A stretch of DNA of 57,004 bases from Eubacteriales bacterium (GCA_045533435.1 JAZSHT010000002.1:1-57004), one strand, 5' to 3'; positions 1-9,817 are shown, counted from the first letter of the stretch. Made by a program: numbers and translations. The notes: generated from the sequence alone by a model not told the origin.

Positions 1-275
1 TGCCTGAGGATGTGCGCAAGTTTTACGAGCTTACTAAGGAATATAAAAACATCCGTGTAAGAGGTCTTATGACAATGGCTCCCCGTTGTAATTCACGAGA
101 GGAATATCTAAAATACTTCTCTCTTACCAAGGAGCTTTTTGATGAGCTTTTTAAAAACGATGAAAACGCCATTCTCTCAATGGGAATGAGTGAAAGCTAT
201 AAATACGCCATTGAAGCGGGAGCTACTATGGTGAGGCTTGGCTCTTGCATTTTCGGAGAGCGAAAATACAATTAG
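1..275 (+). CDS. YggS/YlmE-family PLP-binding protein, C-terminal part (5' end outside window)
   Basis: Frame is open from the window edge. C-terminal LSMGMSESYKYAIEAGATMVRLGSCIFG is typical of YggS. Followed by sepF-yggT as in the Firmicute dcw-cluster tail. Confidence 0.8.
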   Translation, partial: PEDVRKFYELTKEYKNIRVRGLMTMAPRCNSREEYLKYFSLTKELFDELFKNDENAILSMGMSESYKYAIEAGATMVRLGSCIFGERKYN

Positions 276-308
276 TGATCAGTGGTCAGTGGTCAGTGAT
301 CAGTAAGT
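274..308. repeat. Heptamer tandem array (AGTGRTC)x5, forward type, starting inside the yggS stop codon TAG
   Basis: Read directly: agtgatc agtggtc agtggtc agtgatc agtaagt. Confidence 0.9.
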
Positions 309-383
309 TACTTTACGAACAGAAATAACAAACAAAATTAATACGCAACCTTAAATACACAAAAGGTTTGTAGCTATGTCAAT

Positions 384-423
384 CAGCTAATCGCTGACCA
401 CTGACCACTAGCCACTAACCACT
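384..423. repeat. Heptamer tandem array, reverse type (CCACTRA/GCTRA), imperfect inverted partner of 274-308
   Basis: Read directly: cagctaa tcgctga ccactga ccactag ccactaa ccact. Ends about 20 nt before the sepF RBS. Confidence 0.9.
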
Positions 424-455
424 ATTTTTCGACTGAGCAAAGCGAAAGGAGCTTT

Positions 456-851
456 ATGGGACTATTCAACATATTCAAAAGAAACAAATACGAGGACTGG
501 GATGATGAAGAGGATGATGAGGAAGAAGACGAGGAAGGCGCAAAAAATAGCGCTAATGTAACCCTTGGCGGTAATCTTGAATTAAAAATCTTTAATCCCA
601 CAACATTTGAGCAGCTGCTAGTTGCAGTTGACTATTTAAGCTACGGCTCAACCGTATTATTAAACCTAGAGGGCGTTGACTCCGACCTTCGCAGAAGAAT
701 GGTTGACTTTATAAGCGGAGCTGCATACGCTCTTGATGCCAGCATTAAAAAGGCGACACAGGATTCATTCTTTGTAGCACCAAAGGATGTTGATGTTAGC
801 GGCGAAATCTTTGATACAGATAACGATAACGAAGTGTTTTCGGATTTATAA
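456..851 (+). CDS. sepF: Cell division protein SepF
   Basis: 131 aa with an acidic N-terminal linker and a conserved core (VLLNLEGVDSDLRRRMVDFISGAAYALDASI). RBS aaaggag. Synteny with yggS/yggT. Confidence 0.85.
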   Translation: MGLFNIFKRNKYEDWDDEEDDEEEDEEGAKNSANVTLGGNLELKIFNPTTFEQLLVAVDYLSYGSTVLLNLEGVDSDLRRRMVDFISGAAYALDASIKKATQDSFFVAPKDVDVSGEIFDTDNDNEVFSDL

Positions 852-860
852 GAGGTAGAA

Positions 861-1157
861 ATGGAAGCATTACTTATAATTTATAGAGTTTTGTCATTGC
901 TCCTTTATGGCTTTGACCTTTTGCTGCTTTTGCACGCAATTTGCTCATGGGTTCCTGAATGGAGAATGTCAAAGGTTTATATCTATTCAAGCAGAATAAT
1001 TGACCCCTTTCTTAATCCTATCAGAAAATTCATGTGGCGATTTGACTTTGCAAGAAGATGTCCTATTGACCTATCGTTTATCGTTTTAGTATTGATAACT
1101 AGAGGACTTGACAGGCTTATTTGGTATTTATTCTTATTTTTTATAAATATAGTTTAG
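861..1157 (+). CDS. YggT-family membrane protein
   Basis: 98-aa hydrophobic protein directly after sepF, the conserved ylmG/yggT position. Confidence 0.7.
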   Translation: MEALLIIYRVLSLLLYGFDLLLLLHAICSWVPEWRMSKVYIYSSRIIDPFLNPIRKFMWRFDFARRCPIDLSFIVLVLITRGLDRLIWYLFLFFINIV

Positions 1158-1168
1158 GAAATTTATAA

Positions 1169-1695
1169 ATGAAATTAACAAAGAAATTAACTAACATTTT
1201 AATTCTAGTGGGTGTAATTTTAGGTGGCATAGGAATTGACCAGCTTACAAAAATTTTAGTAAGCAAGAATATGGCTCTTTATGAGTCAATTTCCATAATT
1301 CCCAAAACCTTAAATATTACCTACATTCAAAACCGCGGAGCAGCATTTGGTATGCTTGCAAATCATAGATGGGTATTTATGATTATTTCAACAGTTGCAA
1401 TTATCGGTATATGTGTTTATCTTTTCCGCTTCTGTAATGAAAGCATGTTTTTTAAGATTGGACTTGCTCTTATAATAAGCGGTGGCATTGGCAACATGAT
1501 TGACCGTGTTTTTCTTGGATATGTGGAGATATGATTGAGGCTACATTTATTGAAACGATTTTTGACTGGTCATTTGCCATATTCAATGTGGCAGACAGCT
1601 TTGTTTGTGTTGGCGCAGGTATTGTGATTTTCTGTCTTTTAAGAGATATAATTAAGGAAAGCAAAAAAGAGGGACAAAAAAATGAAAATAAGTGA
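1169..1695 (+). pseudogene. lspA: Signal peptidase II (LspA) interrupted by a frameshift near 1525-1534
   Basis: Frame 2 gives the LspA N-terminal 121 aa (NRGAAFG, GGIGNMIDR) and stops at 1532-1534. Frame 1 continues DMIEATFIETIFDWSFAIFNVADSFVCVGAGIVIF... (FNVADS motif) to the stop at 1693-1695, overlapping the rluD start. Confidence 0.75.
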
Positions 1696-2596
1696 GGAAT
1701 TTGTAAAAACACGCCTTGATGTGTTTGTTTCCTCACATTTAGGTATCACTCGTTCAAGCGCCCAAAACCTTATTGATGAGGGAAATGTTACTGTAAACAA
1801 CAGAGTTGAAAGCAAAAATTACAAGCTTCGCTTAAATGATGAAATTGAAATTGAGGAAAGCGAGCCTAAAATTCTTGATGTTGTGGCTGAAAATATTCCT
1901 CTTAATATTATATATGAGGATAACGATATTATCGTTATAAATAAGCCCTCGGGAATGGTTGTTCATCCTGCACCCGGAAATGAAAGCGGTACGCTTGTTA
2001 ATGCGCTTTTATATCATTGTAAGGATACATTATCAGGCATAAACGGAGTTATCCGCCCTGGTATTGTCCATAGAATTGACAAGGATACAAGCGGACTTCT
2101 AGTTGTGGCAAAAAATGATGATGCCCATGTGTTTTTGTCCTCACTCTTAAAGGACCACGGTATAAAAAGAACATATCACGCTATTATCATCGGTCATATG
2201 AAGGAGCAAAGCGGCACAGTTAATGCGCCTATTGCAAGACATGTCGTTGACCGTAAAAAAATGGCGGTTGTGGTAGGCGGCAGAGATGCCATTACTCACT
2301 ATGAGGTTATAGAGGAATTTACAGGCTATTCCTATTTAAAGCTCAACCTTGAAACAGGCAGAACACACCAAATAAGAGTGCATATGAGCTATAAGGGACA
2401 CCCAATTATCGGGGACACCGTTTACGGTGGCGGCAAAACAACATTTGAAAAAGCCAATGCGCCATTACTTGATGGTCAAATCCTTCACGCCAAGGAATTA
2501 TCCTTCCCACACCCAAAAACCAAGGAAATTATGCACTTTGAATGCAACCTGCCAAGTAATTTTGAAACATTACTTGAAAAACTAAGAAAATTATAA
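1682..2596 (+). CDS. rluD: RluA/RluD-family 23S rRNA pseudouridine synthase
   Basis: N-terminal S4 domain, the HRIDKDTSGLLVVAK catalytic motif and GRTHQIRVH. Conserved lspA-rluD pairing. Confidence 0.88.
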   Translation: MKISEEFVKTRLDVFVSSHLGITRSSAQNLIDEGNVTVNNRVESKNYKLRLNDEIEIEESEPKILDVVAENIPLNIIYEDNDIIVINKPSGMVVHPAPGNESGTLVNALLYHCKDTLSGINGVIRPGIVHRIDKDTSGLLVVAKNDDAHVFLSSLLKDHGIKRTYHAIIIGHMKEQSGTVNAPIARHVVDRKKMAVVVGGRDAITHYEVIEEFTGYSYLKLNLETGRTHQIRVHMSYKGHPIIGDTVYGGGKTTFEKANAPLLDGQILHAKELSFPHPKTKEIMHFECNLPSNFETLLEKLRKL

Positions 2597-2616
2597 AAAT
2601 AAAGGAGGACACAACG

Positions 2617-4782
2617 ATGCAAAATCACGAAGATAAGCTTGTTTGGTGTCCTCTTTTTTCTATTACAGAGGATGAAAAAACCGCTTTTTTAGATAAAATC
2701 AAGGACGGAAAAATCGGCAACGGAAATCTTTCATCCTTCATTTTTGACACTATGTATAAGCAAGGCTACGATTACGCTGACAAGGATACATTAGAAGCCA
2801 CAAGGCGCGCTATTTTAAATTGGTTGATTTTTAAAACCGACTTTGCTCTTGATACCCTTAGTACGAAAAATTACGAAAATGCAAGGGAATGCTATAATAA
2901 TTGTCAGTATGATAGCGACATACTTGACACCTTAATTAAATATTTCACTCTTGCATGGGGTAGCCTTATGGACAAAAATGGAAAGCCATTATTTTTTGAT
3001 GGAAAGCGCATTTTTGAAATTATAAAAGGCGATGTTGATAATGAGCTTAAAAAAATCAAAAATCAATATGCACAGGATAAATATGCACATTTAAAAGCGG
3101 TTATTGACACAGTATGCACCGTTAATTATGAGTGCTACCTAAACAGTGAAAACGACAAAACAGAGCTTGAAAATGACTTAAATAGATATATTATCGACAC
3201 ATATAGCTACGATTTTATAAAAGCCACTATTCAAACCGAATATACATGCTCCGAATATTTTAAAAATAAGGTAAACGAAAAATTACAGCTATCATTATTA
3301 AATGATTTAGAATTTTGGCAGGATAAGGAATTCTCTGTTACCTCGTTTTTAAATCATATTTGCAAAAATAGCATAGAAAATGCAAAAAGCATAATTGACT
3401 ATATCTTTCAAAATTTACAAAAGGACAGCGATACTGCGCTTCTTATTAAAAACGGTCTTTCAATAGGCTTTTCACTTGAAATTTTAAAGAAAAAAGCAAA
3501 GGAATATGCTATTTTTAATAGCTTAAATGAAAAAATATGCTATCCGCTTTTTGACTGTGAAAATGAAATTATAAATAAGGGCAAGGAAATTTTTGAGGGA
3601 TTTTTCTTTGATTTTCTATATCCTCATTGCAAGGAAAAGATAAAGGACCATCTTTCACAAATAACAAATAACGCGGAGCTTGATGATGTTTTAGGCGCAA
3701 TAAATGATGCTACCATTGGAAATTACTTGGTTGGATTAGAAAGAAAAGCGCTATATATTTTAAAAAATGAGTATTTTTCACATGATTTTATCTTAAAAAG
3801 AGCATATATAAAGTCCTACTATCTTAAAAAATTATCCACACAGGGTAAGGAAAATAGCTCTTTATTAGAATGCTTTTATAATGTTACAAGAATTCTTAAC
3901 CGTGAGCTTAATATTTATACATCTATTCAGCTTGATAGTAAATTAAGAGAGGAAAAATTTAATTTACTTAAAGATATTCTATCTAAAATTGATGTAAGCA
4001 TTGATTATAGCGCCGACTATATTGCATCAATAATTGATATAAAATCCGCTACTGATGATGAAGCCAGCCGCTTTCCTATCTTACAGGATTTAGGCTCTAA
4101 AATATACGATTTTGCACTTGCAGAGCTATTTTTCTATAACCCTTACTACTCTATGGTTGAATATGAGTTTGACAAATATTCAGACTATAAATCTAAAATT
4201 GAAATTGCTAAATTTTTCAACCTAAACGAAGACTACATTTGCCATGCATTAAAGCCAATTAAGTTCTATTATGACACATTAAACGGCGTAATAGACATAA
4301 CAAAGCTTAACGATTTAGGCAGAAAAGAAAAGTATTTAGCTGACACACTTGATATGATTTTAGGTGCATACTGTCTTGACAAGGGACATAATGAAGCTAT
4401 AATCCTTGCAAAAACGCTAATTATCCACACATTTTCCGATGAATTTACAAATAACGATAATTTGTTATGCTTAGGCGAAAGCAGAAAGGAATACATAAAA
4501 TCGCACCTTGAGATTTTAAATTTAATGGACAATAAATATGACTATTTTAATATTATGCATAGGTCCTTATATAATCTCCTTGGTAGCTTAGTTTTTAATA
4601 TTAGCGTGGATAATGAAAAATCACTTGCACTCTACTCCCCCGACCGTATTGCTCCCCTCTTTGGCGACACTCGTTTTTTTACCGAAATCACTCCCCCATT
4701 TAAATGCTACCTTGAAAACGGTATCGATGGAGTAATAAGTGAGTATGGCAAAATCGCATTAAAAAAATACAATAGCAAATAA
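2617..4782 (+). CDS. Orphan 721-aa protein with a degenerate RNase III-like segment near the C-terminus
   Basis: Strong RBS aaaggagg and a long uninterrupted ORF. PILQDLGSKIYDFALAELFF and, about 78 aa later, LADTLDMILGAYCLDKG resemble the two RNase III signature blocks, but acidic residues are substituted. Confidence 0.55.
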   Translation: MQNHEDKLVWCPLFSITEDEKTAFLDKIKDGKIGNGNLSSFIFDTMYKQGYDYADKDTLEATRRAILNWLIFKTDFALDTLSTKNYENARECYNNCQYDSDILDTLIKYFTLAWGSLMDKNGKPLFFDGKRIFEIIKGDVDNELKKIKNQYAQDKYAHLKAVIDTVCTVNYECYLNSENDKTELENDLNRYIIDTYSYDFIKATIQTEYTCSEYFKNKVNEKLQLSLLNDLEFWQDKEFSVTSFLNHICKNSIENAKSIIDYIFQNLQKDSDTALLIKNGLSIGFSLEILKKKAKEYAIFNSLNEKICYPLFDCENEIINKGKEIFEGFFFDFLYPHCKEKIKDHLSQITNNAELDDVLGAINDATIGNYLVGLERKALYILKNEYFSHDFILKRAYIKSYYLKKLSTQGKENSSLLECFYNVTRILNRELNIYTSIQLDSKLREEKFNLLKDILSKIDVSIDYSADYIASIIDIKSATDDEASRFPILQDLGSKIYDFALAELFFYNPYYSMVEYEFDKYSDYKSKIEIAKFFNLNEDYICHALKPIKFYYDTLNGVIDITKLNDLGRKEKYLADTLDMILGAYCLDKGHNEAIILAKTLIIHTFSDEFTNNDNLLCLGESRKEYIKSHLEILNLMDNKYDYFNIMHRSLYNLLGSLVFNISVDNEKSLALYSPDRIAPLFGDTRFFTEITPPFKCYLENGIDGVISEYGKIALKKYNSK

Positions 4783-4812
4783 AAAGAAGCGACACATGGT
4801 CGCTTCTTTTTA
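4783..4812. terminator. Bidirectional hairpin terminator (agaagcgac-acatg-gtcgcttct, T-run)
   Basis: 9-bp GC-containing stem flanked by A-run and T-run, between convergent genes. Confidence 0.8.
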
Positions 4813-4815
4813 TGT

Positions 4816-5985
4816 CTATTTGTTATTTTTTGTTTTAATTAGTACAAGCTCATGCATAATGAAAATGAGTAACAAGAAAATAAATAGGTAAACAGGTAAA
4901 AGTGAGATTGAAATTTTTTCTGCTATAACTCCAAAAAGCGGTGGCATTGCTAAAATACCAATATATGCAAATGCTATTTGCACGCCTATCATTGCTTGAG
5001 ATTTATCTGCACCAAAAACATTAGGTGTCATATGAATAATACATGGATAAATAGGCGAACAGCCAAGACCTATAATAATAAATCCAATTAAAGCAAATAT
5101 AAAATTATATGGTATGAAAAGTAAGATAATACCGATAGATATACCTAATGAGCCTATACGGATAAGCGTTTTATCGCTTAGCTTCATAGCAAGGAAGCCG
5201 TTTACTAGTCTGCCAAGAGTTACGCCTATATAGAACATGCTTGCATACCCTGCCGCCACCTCAGGCGCAAAGCTCCATTTTTCCACAAGATATGTGCTTG
5301 CCCAAAGAGATGCGCTTACCTCTAATGCACAATAGCAAAAGAACATTAAAAAGCATGGGAGCGCGCCTTTTATTGCAAATATTTCCTTAAAGGATAAGGC
5401 TTTTGATTTTTCTTGCTTATCTATGTCATTTTCCTTGCTTCCCTTTTTCCAAATTGGTACACTAATAAATATGATAAAGGAAAGCACAATTTGAATAATG
5501 GAAACAATAAGATAGCCACCACTCCAATTTTCAAGATTTACAAGTGCGAAGCTCATTATATAAGGACTAATAGATGCACCAACGCCCCACATACAATGAA
5601 GCCAGCTCATATGCTGCGCCTTAAAATTTAAAGCCACATAGTTATTTAAAATAGCATCAACGCCACCTGCACCAAGTCCAAAGGGTATTGCCCACAAAAT
5701 TAGCATCCAAAAATGTGTACTAATGGAAAAACCGAATAAACAAATAGCAGTTGTAGTAACGCTTACGGCAGTTACTAAGCCTGCACCGAATTTATGTAAA
5801 AGCTTATCACTAAATAAGCTTGAAAGTATTGTGCCAGCTGTGATAGTCATTGATATAATACCTGCATAGGATACAGGCACGCCAATTTCATTATGCATAA
5901 CAGGCCAAGCAGAGCCTAAAAGTGAGTCAGGCAAACCAAGACTAATAAAGCATATGTATATAAGCACTAAAAGCAAAATTCCCAT
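4816..5985 (-). CDS. MFS transporter
   Basis: 389 aa with about 12 hydrophobic segments, typical of the MFS family. Confidence 0.75.
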   Translation of the reverse strand: MGILLLVLIYICFISLGLPDSLLGSAWPVMHNEIGVPVSYAGIISMTITAGTILSSLFSDKLLHKFGAGLVTAVSVTTTAICLFGFSISTHFWMLILWAIPFGLGAGGVDAILNNYVALNFKAQHMSWLHCMWGVGASISPYIMSFALVNLENWSGGYLIVSIIQIVLSFIIFISVPIWKKGSKENDIDKQEKSKALSFKEIFAIKGALPCFLMFFCYCALEVSASLWASTYLVEKWSFAPEVAAGYASMFYIGVTLGRLVNGFLAMKLSDKTLIRIGSLGISIGIILLFIPYNFIFALIGFIIIGLGCSPIYPCIIHMTPNVFGADKSQAMIGVQIAFAYIGILAMPPLFGVIAEKISISLLPVYLFIFLLLIFIMHELVLIKTKNNK

Positions 5986-6052
5986 TATATTTTTACCTCG
6001 TGATTTTCTTTTTCTGTACTATTATATCAAATAAAATACCATATTGCAAGAC

Positions 6053-6082
6053 AAAAAGAAGCGACATGTGTCGCTTCTTTTA
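6053..6082. terminator. Hairpin nearly identical to 4783-4812 (agaagcgac-atgt-gtcgcttct)
   Basis: Same stem sequence as the hairpin on the other side of the MFS gene. Acts as the terminator for pgsA. Confidence 0.75.
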
Positions 6083-6087
6083 ATATT

Positions 6088-6675
6088 TTAGTCGTTTGTT
6101 TTTAAGTATGGAAGATATCCCTTTAAGTAGTTAATGCCTGAGCCTACTGTCATAAATGACATTAAAATTATAAGCACAAATGATGCTACATAGTTAAATT
6201 TACCAAGGTCCATTGTACCTGATACAATTAAAGCATTTTCAATTAAAACTACTAAGATACACGCCATTTGAGTTACTGTTTTTGATTTGCCAAAGAAGTT
6301 AGCAGCTAAATTAACCTCGCTTTTAGCACATGCTAAACGAATTGAGGTTACCCCAAGCTCACGAATAAATACAATAACGCATGCCCAAATCATAATACCA
6401 TCAAGTGCTTCAACATTAGCTGCAAGCACTAAAAATGCTGAGAAAACAAGCGCCTTATCTGCAAGTGGGTCCATAACCTTACCAAAGTTAGTTACAAGGT
6501 TATATTTTCTTGCAATTTTTCCGTCAAGCATATCAGTAAGTGAAGCAACTGCAAAAGCTACTGCCGCTACAATACCGGCAATTAACGGATTTTCAATATA
6601 CATATAGCAACCAACGAAAACAGGAATTAAAATCATTCTTAAAATCGTTAATTGATTTGGAATATTCATTTTCAT
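6088..6675 (-). CDS. pgsA: CDP-diacylglycerol--glycerol-3-phosphate 3-phosphatidyltransferase
   Basis: IPNQLTILRMILIPVF and the CDP-alcohol phosphatidyltransferase motif DMLDGKIARKYNLVTNFGKVMDPLADK. Confidence 0.9.
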   Translation of the reverse strand: MKMNIPNQLTILRMILIPVFVGCYMYIENPLIAGIVAAVAFAVASLTDMLDGKIARKYNLVTNFGKVMDPLADKALVFSAFLVLAANVEALDGIMIWACVIVFIRELGVTSIRLACAKSEVNLAANFFGKSKTVTQMACILVVLIENALIVSGTMDLGKFNYVASFVLIILMSFMTVGSGINYLKGYLPYLKTND

Positions 6676-6676
6676 A

Positions 6677-8005
6677 TTATATCTCCTTGCCGATTAAATC
6701 ATAGCATTCCTCATCATATTCTGTAATCTTAACGCTTACAAAATCGCCAATTTCATGCTTTTTCTTAATATCAAAGAAAATCATACCATCAATATCGGGA
6801 GCATTTTTGTAGTTTCTGCCACGGTGCTTACCTAAAATTGGGTCATAGCCCTCATAAATTACAGAGTACACCTTGCCTATTTCATTTTCTGCTTGCTTTT
6901 CAGAAATATAATATTGCTCACGCATTAAAATATCGTATCTGTCCTGCTTAACTTGGTCATCAATTTGACCATCAAAATTATATGCAGGAGTGTCCTCTTC
7001 TCTTGAATAGGTAAACGCGCCAAAGCGGTCAAATTCTACTTCCTTGATAAATTCACAAAGCTCGTTAAATTCCTCATCTGTTTCAGTTGGGAAGCCAACT
7101 ATTGCAGTTGAGCGAATTGTCATTCCTTCAATTTCACGAAGCTCCTTCATAACCTTGCGAATTAACGCTCCATCTCCACGGCGATTCATTTTCTTTAATA
7201 TTCTATCGCTTATGTGCTGAATTGGAATATCAATATATTTTATGAGCTTTTCGTTTGTTTTAAACTCATTTATAAGCTCAGGTGTGATTTTATCAGGATA
7301 GCAGTATAAAATTCTAAGCCATTTTACTTCTGTTTCATTACTTAATCTGCTAAGTAGTGTCGCAAGCTCGTACCTTCCATATAAATCAATACCATATGCG
7401 GTGGTGTCCTGACCGATAACTATAAGCTCGGAAATTCCCATTTCACAAAGCTCCTTAGCCTCGGTAATTATATCATCCATTGGGCGTGAGCGGAACTTAC
7501 CTCTAATATTTGGAATTGAACAGTAGGTACAACGGTTATTACAGCCCTCGCTGATTTTTAAGTATGCAAATGCATCCCCTGTGGTTATAATTCTATCTCC
7601 ACCAAGAGCTACCGCGTTTTTATCGCCGTATTCTTGATACTTATTTCCCTTTTCAATTTCCTCAATCGCTTTTACAATACTGTGAACGCTACCTGTACCA
7701 AGAACGCAGTCAACCTCAGAAAATTCCTTCATTATCTCCTCACGGTATCTTTCCGCTAAGCATCCTGTAACGATAATTCCCTTTAAATTGCCATTTTCCT
7801 TAAGCCAAGCAATATCTAAAATATTGTCGATTGATTCCTTTTTAGCATCCTCAATAAATGCGCAGGTGTTAATAACGATAATATCGGCTTCCTCTTGCTC
7901 AGGTGTGATTTCATAGCCTGCCTTATTGATATGTCCAAGCATAACCTCAGTATCAAGAAGGTTTTTAGGACAACCAAGAGAAACAAATCCTATTCTACTC
8001 ATCAT
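6677..8005 (-). CDS. rimO: Ribosomal protein S12 methylthiotransferase RimO (radical SAM)
   Basis: N-terminal IGFVSLGCPKNLLDTE, radical-SAM CNNRCTYCSIP and a C-terminal TRAM-like region. rimO-pgsA synteny downstream of recA. Confidence 0.85.
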   Translation of the reverse strand: MMSRIGFVSLGCPKNLLDTEVMLGHINKAGYEITPEQEEADIIVINTCAFIEDAKKESIDNILDIAWLKENGNLKGIIVTGCLAERYREEIMKEFSEVDCVLGTGSVHSIVKAIEEIEKGNKYQEYGDKNAVALGGDRIITTGDAFAYLKISEGCNNRCTYCSIPNIRGKFRSRPMDDIITEAKELCEMGISELIVIGQDTTAYGIDLYGRYELATLLSRLSNETEVKWLRILYCYPDKITPELINEFKTNEKLIKYIDIPIQHISDRILKKMNRRGDGALIRKVMKELREIEGMTIRSTAIVGFPTETDEEFNELCEFIKEVEFDRFGAFTYSREEDTPAYNFDGQIDDQVKQDRYDILMREQYYISEKQAENEIGKVYSVIYEGYDPILGKHRGRNYKNAPDIDGMIFFDIKKKHEIGDFVSVKITEYDEECYDLIGKEI

Positions 8006-8645
8006 TACCTCTTTTTGAAACTAACGCTACCGCTTCCTTAATATCGCCAATGGTATAACCATATCTCATAAGCGCGCCCATCATTTTTGCAATTTCCTGT
8101 GGGTCCTTTGAAAGTGGCATATATTTGTTTTCAATAATGTATGCGCAGTTTTCTGCAAAGCTGATATTATTTAAGTTTTTAGAAACATACTCATCAACAT
8201 CCTCGCGCATATAGCCCTTTGCGATAAGCTCATTTTTAATTTTAAGCTTACCAAACTTTTTATGCAAATAGTTTTCGCATAAAAGTCCTATTTGCTTTTT
8301 CTCATCAATATAGCCTCTATGCTCCATATAAAGCGCGATATTCTCACACACCTCATAGTTAAAGCCCTTTTGGCGAAGCTTTTGAACAAGAGTTTTTTTA
8401 TTATTTTCACCATATGAAAGAATAGTAAACGCTTGACGGCGCGCGTTATCAAAAATCATTTCCTCTCTAATTTTAAGGAAGTGAGCGTCATCAATCTTGT
8501 CGCCCTCTTTAATATCAAAGCGCGCGTATTGCTCCTCTGAAACTAGCATTTCAAAGGTAGTGTCCATGGATGATCTTATGCAATATGTTCTGCCCGCCGG
8601 GGACTTTTTAATTCTCTCTACCGTGTAATAAATTTTATCTTCCAT
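7995..8645 (-). CDS. recX: RecX-like regulatory protein
   Basis: 216-aa helical-repeat protein immediately downstream of recA. Called from position and composition only. Confidence 0.6.
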   Translation of the reverse strand: MEDKIYYTVERIKKSPAGRTYCIRSSMDTTFEMLVSEEQYARFDIKEGDKIDDAHFLKIREEMIFDNARRQAFTILSYGENNKKTLVQKLRQKGFNYEVCENIALYMEHRGYIDEKKQIGLLCENYLHKKFGKLKIKNELIAKGYMREDVDEYVSKNLNNISFAENCAYIIENKYMPLSKDPQEIAKMMGALMRYGYTIGDIKEAVALVSKRGNDE

Positions 8646-8657
8646 TTTTTAAGTACC

Positions 8658-9758
8658 TTAATCTAAGTTTAAATCATCAATGTTGAAATCGGTGGTATCA
8701 ATGTCGTCGTCCTCGCCGCCAACTGATGAACCGCTTGCTATTTTGTCCTTAATTTTATTTTCCAATTCCTTCATTAAATCAGGATTTGATTCAAAATACT
8801 TTCTTGTATTATCCTTACCCTGAGCAATTCTTGTTCCGTTATATGAGAACCATGAGCCACTCTTTTCAATTATTTCAAGCTCTACTGCAAGCTCCATAAT
8901 TTCTGAGGATTTAGAAATACCTGTGCCGTATAAAATATCAAATTCTGCTGTTCTAAACGGTGGCGCAACCTTATTTTTAACAACCTTGCATTTTACATGG
9001 TTACCATAGGATTCTGTGCCATTTTTTAATACCTCGCTCTTACGAATATCAATTCTTACAGAAGCATAGTATTTAAGGGCGTTACCGCCTGTTGTTGTTT
9101 CTGGATTACCGTACATTACGCCAATCTTTGAACGAAGCTGGTTAATGAAAATTACTATACAGTTTGATGCTGAAATACAGCCTGAGAGCTTTCTTAAAGC
9201 CTGAGACATAAGTCTTGCTTGAACGCCCATGTGGCTATCGCCCATGCTGCCCTCAATTTCCTGCTTAGGTACAAGAGCTGCAACTGAGTCAATTACTACA
9301 ATATCAACTGCCCCTGAGTTTACTAATTTTTCTGTAATTTCAAGAGCTTGCTCTCCGTTATCAGGCTGAGAAATTACTAAATCATCTGTATTAACGCCGA
9401 TCGCCTTTGCATATACAGGGTCAAGAGCATGCTCTGCATCAATAAATGCTGCAATTCCGCCTTCCTTTTGTACCTCTGCAATAGCGTGTAATGCTACCGT
9501 TGTTTTACCTGATGATTCAGGACCATAAATTTCTATAATTCTGCCCTTTGGAAGTCCGCCAACACCAAGAGCTAAATCAAGCGTTAATGAGCCTGTTGAA
9601 ACAGCGCTGATTTGTAAATCTGGGCTATCTCCTAAACGGCGAATAGACTCCTGACCGAAATCCTTTCTAATCTGACCTAATGCAGTTTCAAGGGCTTTCT
9701 TTTTATCATCAGAGCTGGCTATAACAACCTTTTCCTTTTTTTCTGCTTTTTTTGCCAT
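8658..9758 (-). CDS. recA: Recombinase RecA
   Basis: Walker [10 protein letters not shown] and canonical RecA core motifs throughout, with an acidic C-terminal tail. Confidence 0.97.
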   Translation of the reverse strand: MAKKAEKKEKVVIASSDDKKKALETALGQIRKDFGQESIRRLGDSPDLQISAVSTGSLTLDLALGVGGLPKGRIIEIYGPESSGKTTVALHAIAEVQKEGGIAAFIDAEHALDPVYAKAIGVNTDDLVISQPDNGEQALEITEKLVNSGAVDIVVIDSVAALVPKQEIEGSMGDSHMGVQARLMSQALRKLSGCISASNCIVIFINQLRSKIGVMYGNPETTTGGNALKYYASVRIDIRKSEVLKNGTESYGNHVKCKVVKNKVAPPFRTAEFDILYGTGISKSSEIMELAVELEIIEKSGSWFSYNGTRIAQGKDNTRKYFESNPDLMKELENKIKDKIASGSSVGGEDDDIDTTDFNIDDLNLD

Positions 9759-9786
9759 GTTTTATTTTCTCCCTTCGGTAGAAAAA

Positions 9787-9817
9787 AGCCGTCAGCTGTT
9801 AGCCGTTAGCCGTCAGC
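9787..9817. repeat. Heptamer array (AGCCGTC AGCTGTT AGCCGTT AGCCGTC AGC) lying in the recA 5' leader
   Basis: Read directly. On the recA sense strand it reads GCTGACG GCTAACG GCTAACA GCTGACG just upstream of the RBS. Confidence 0.9.
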
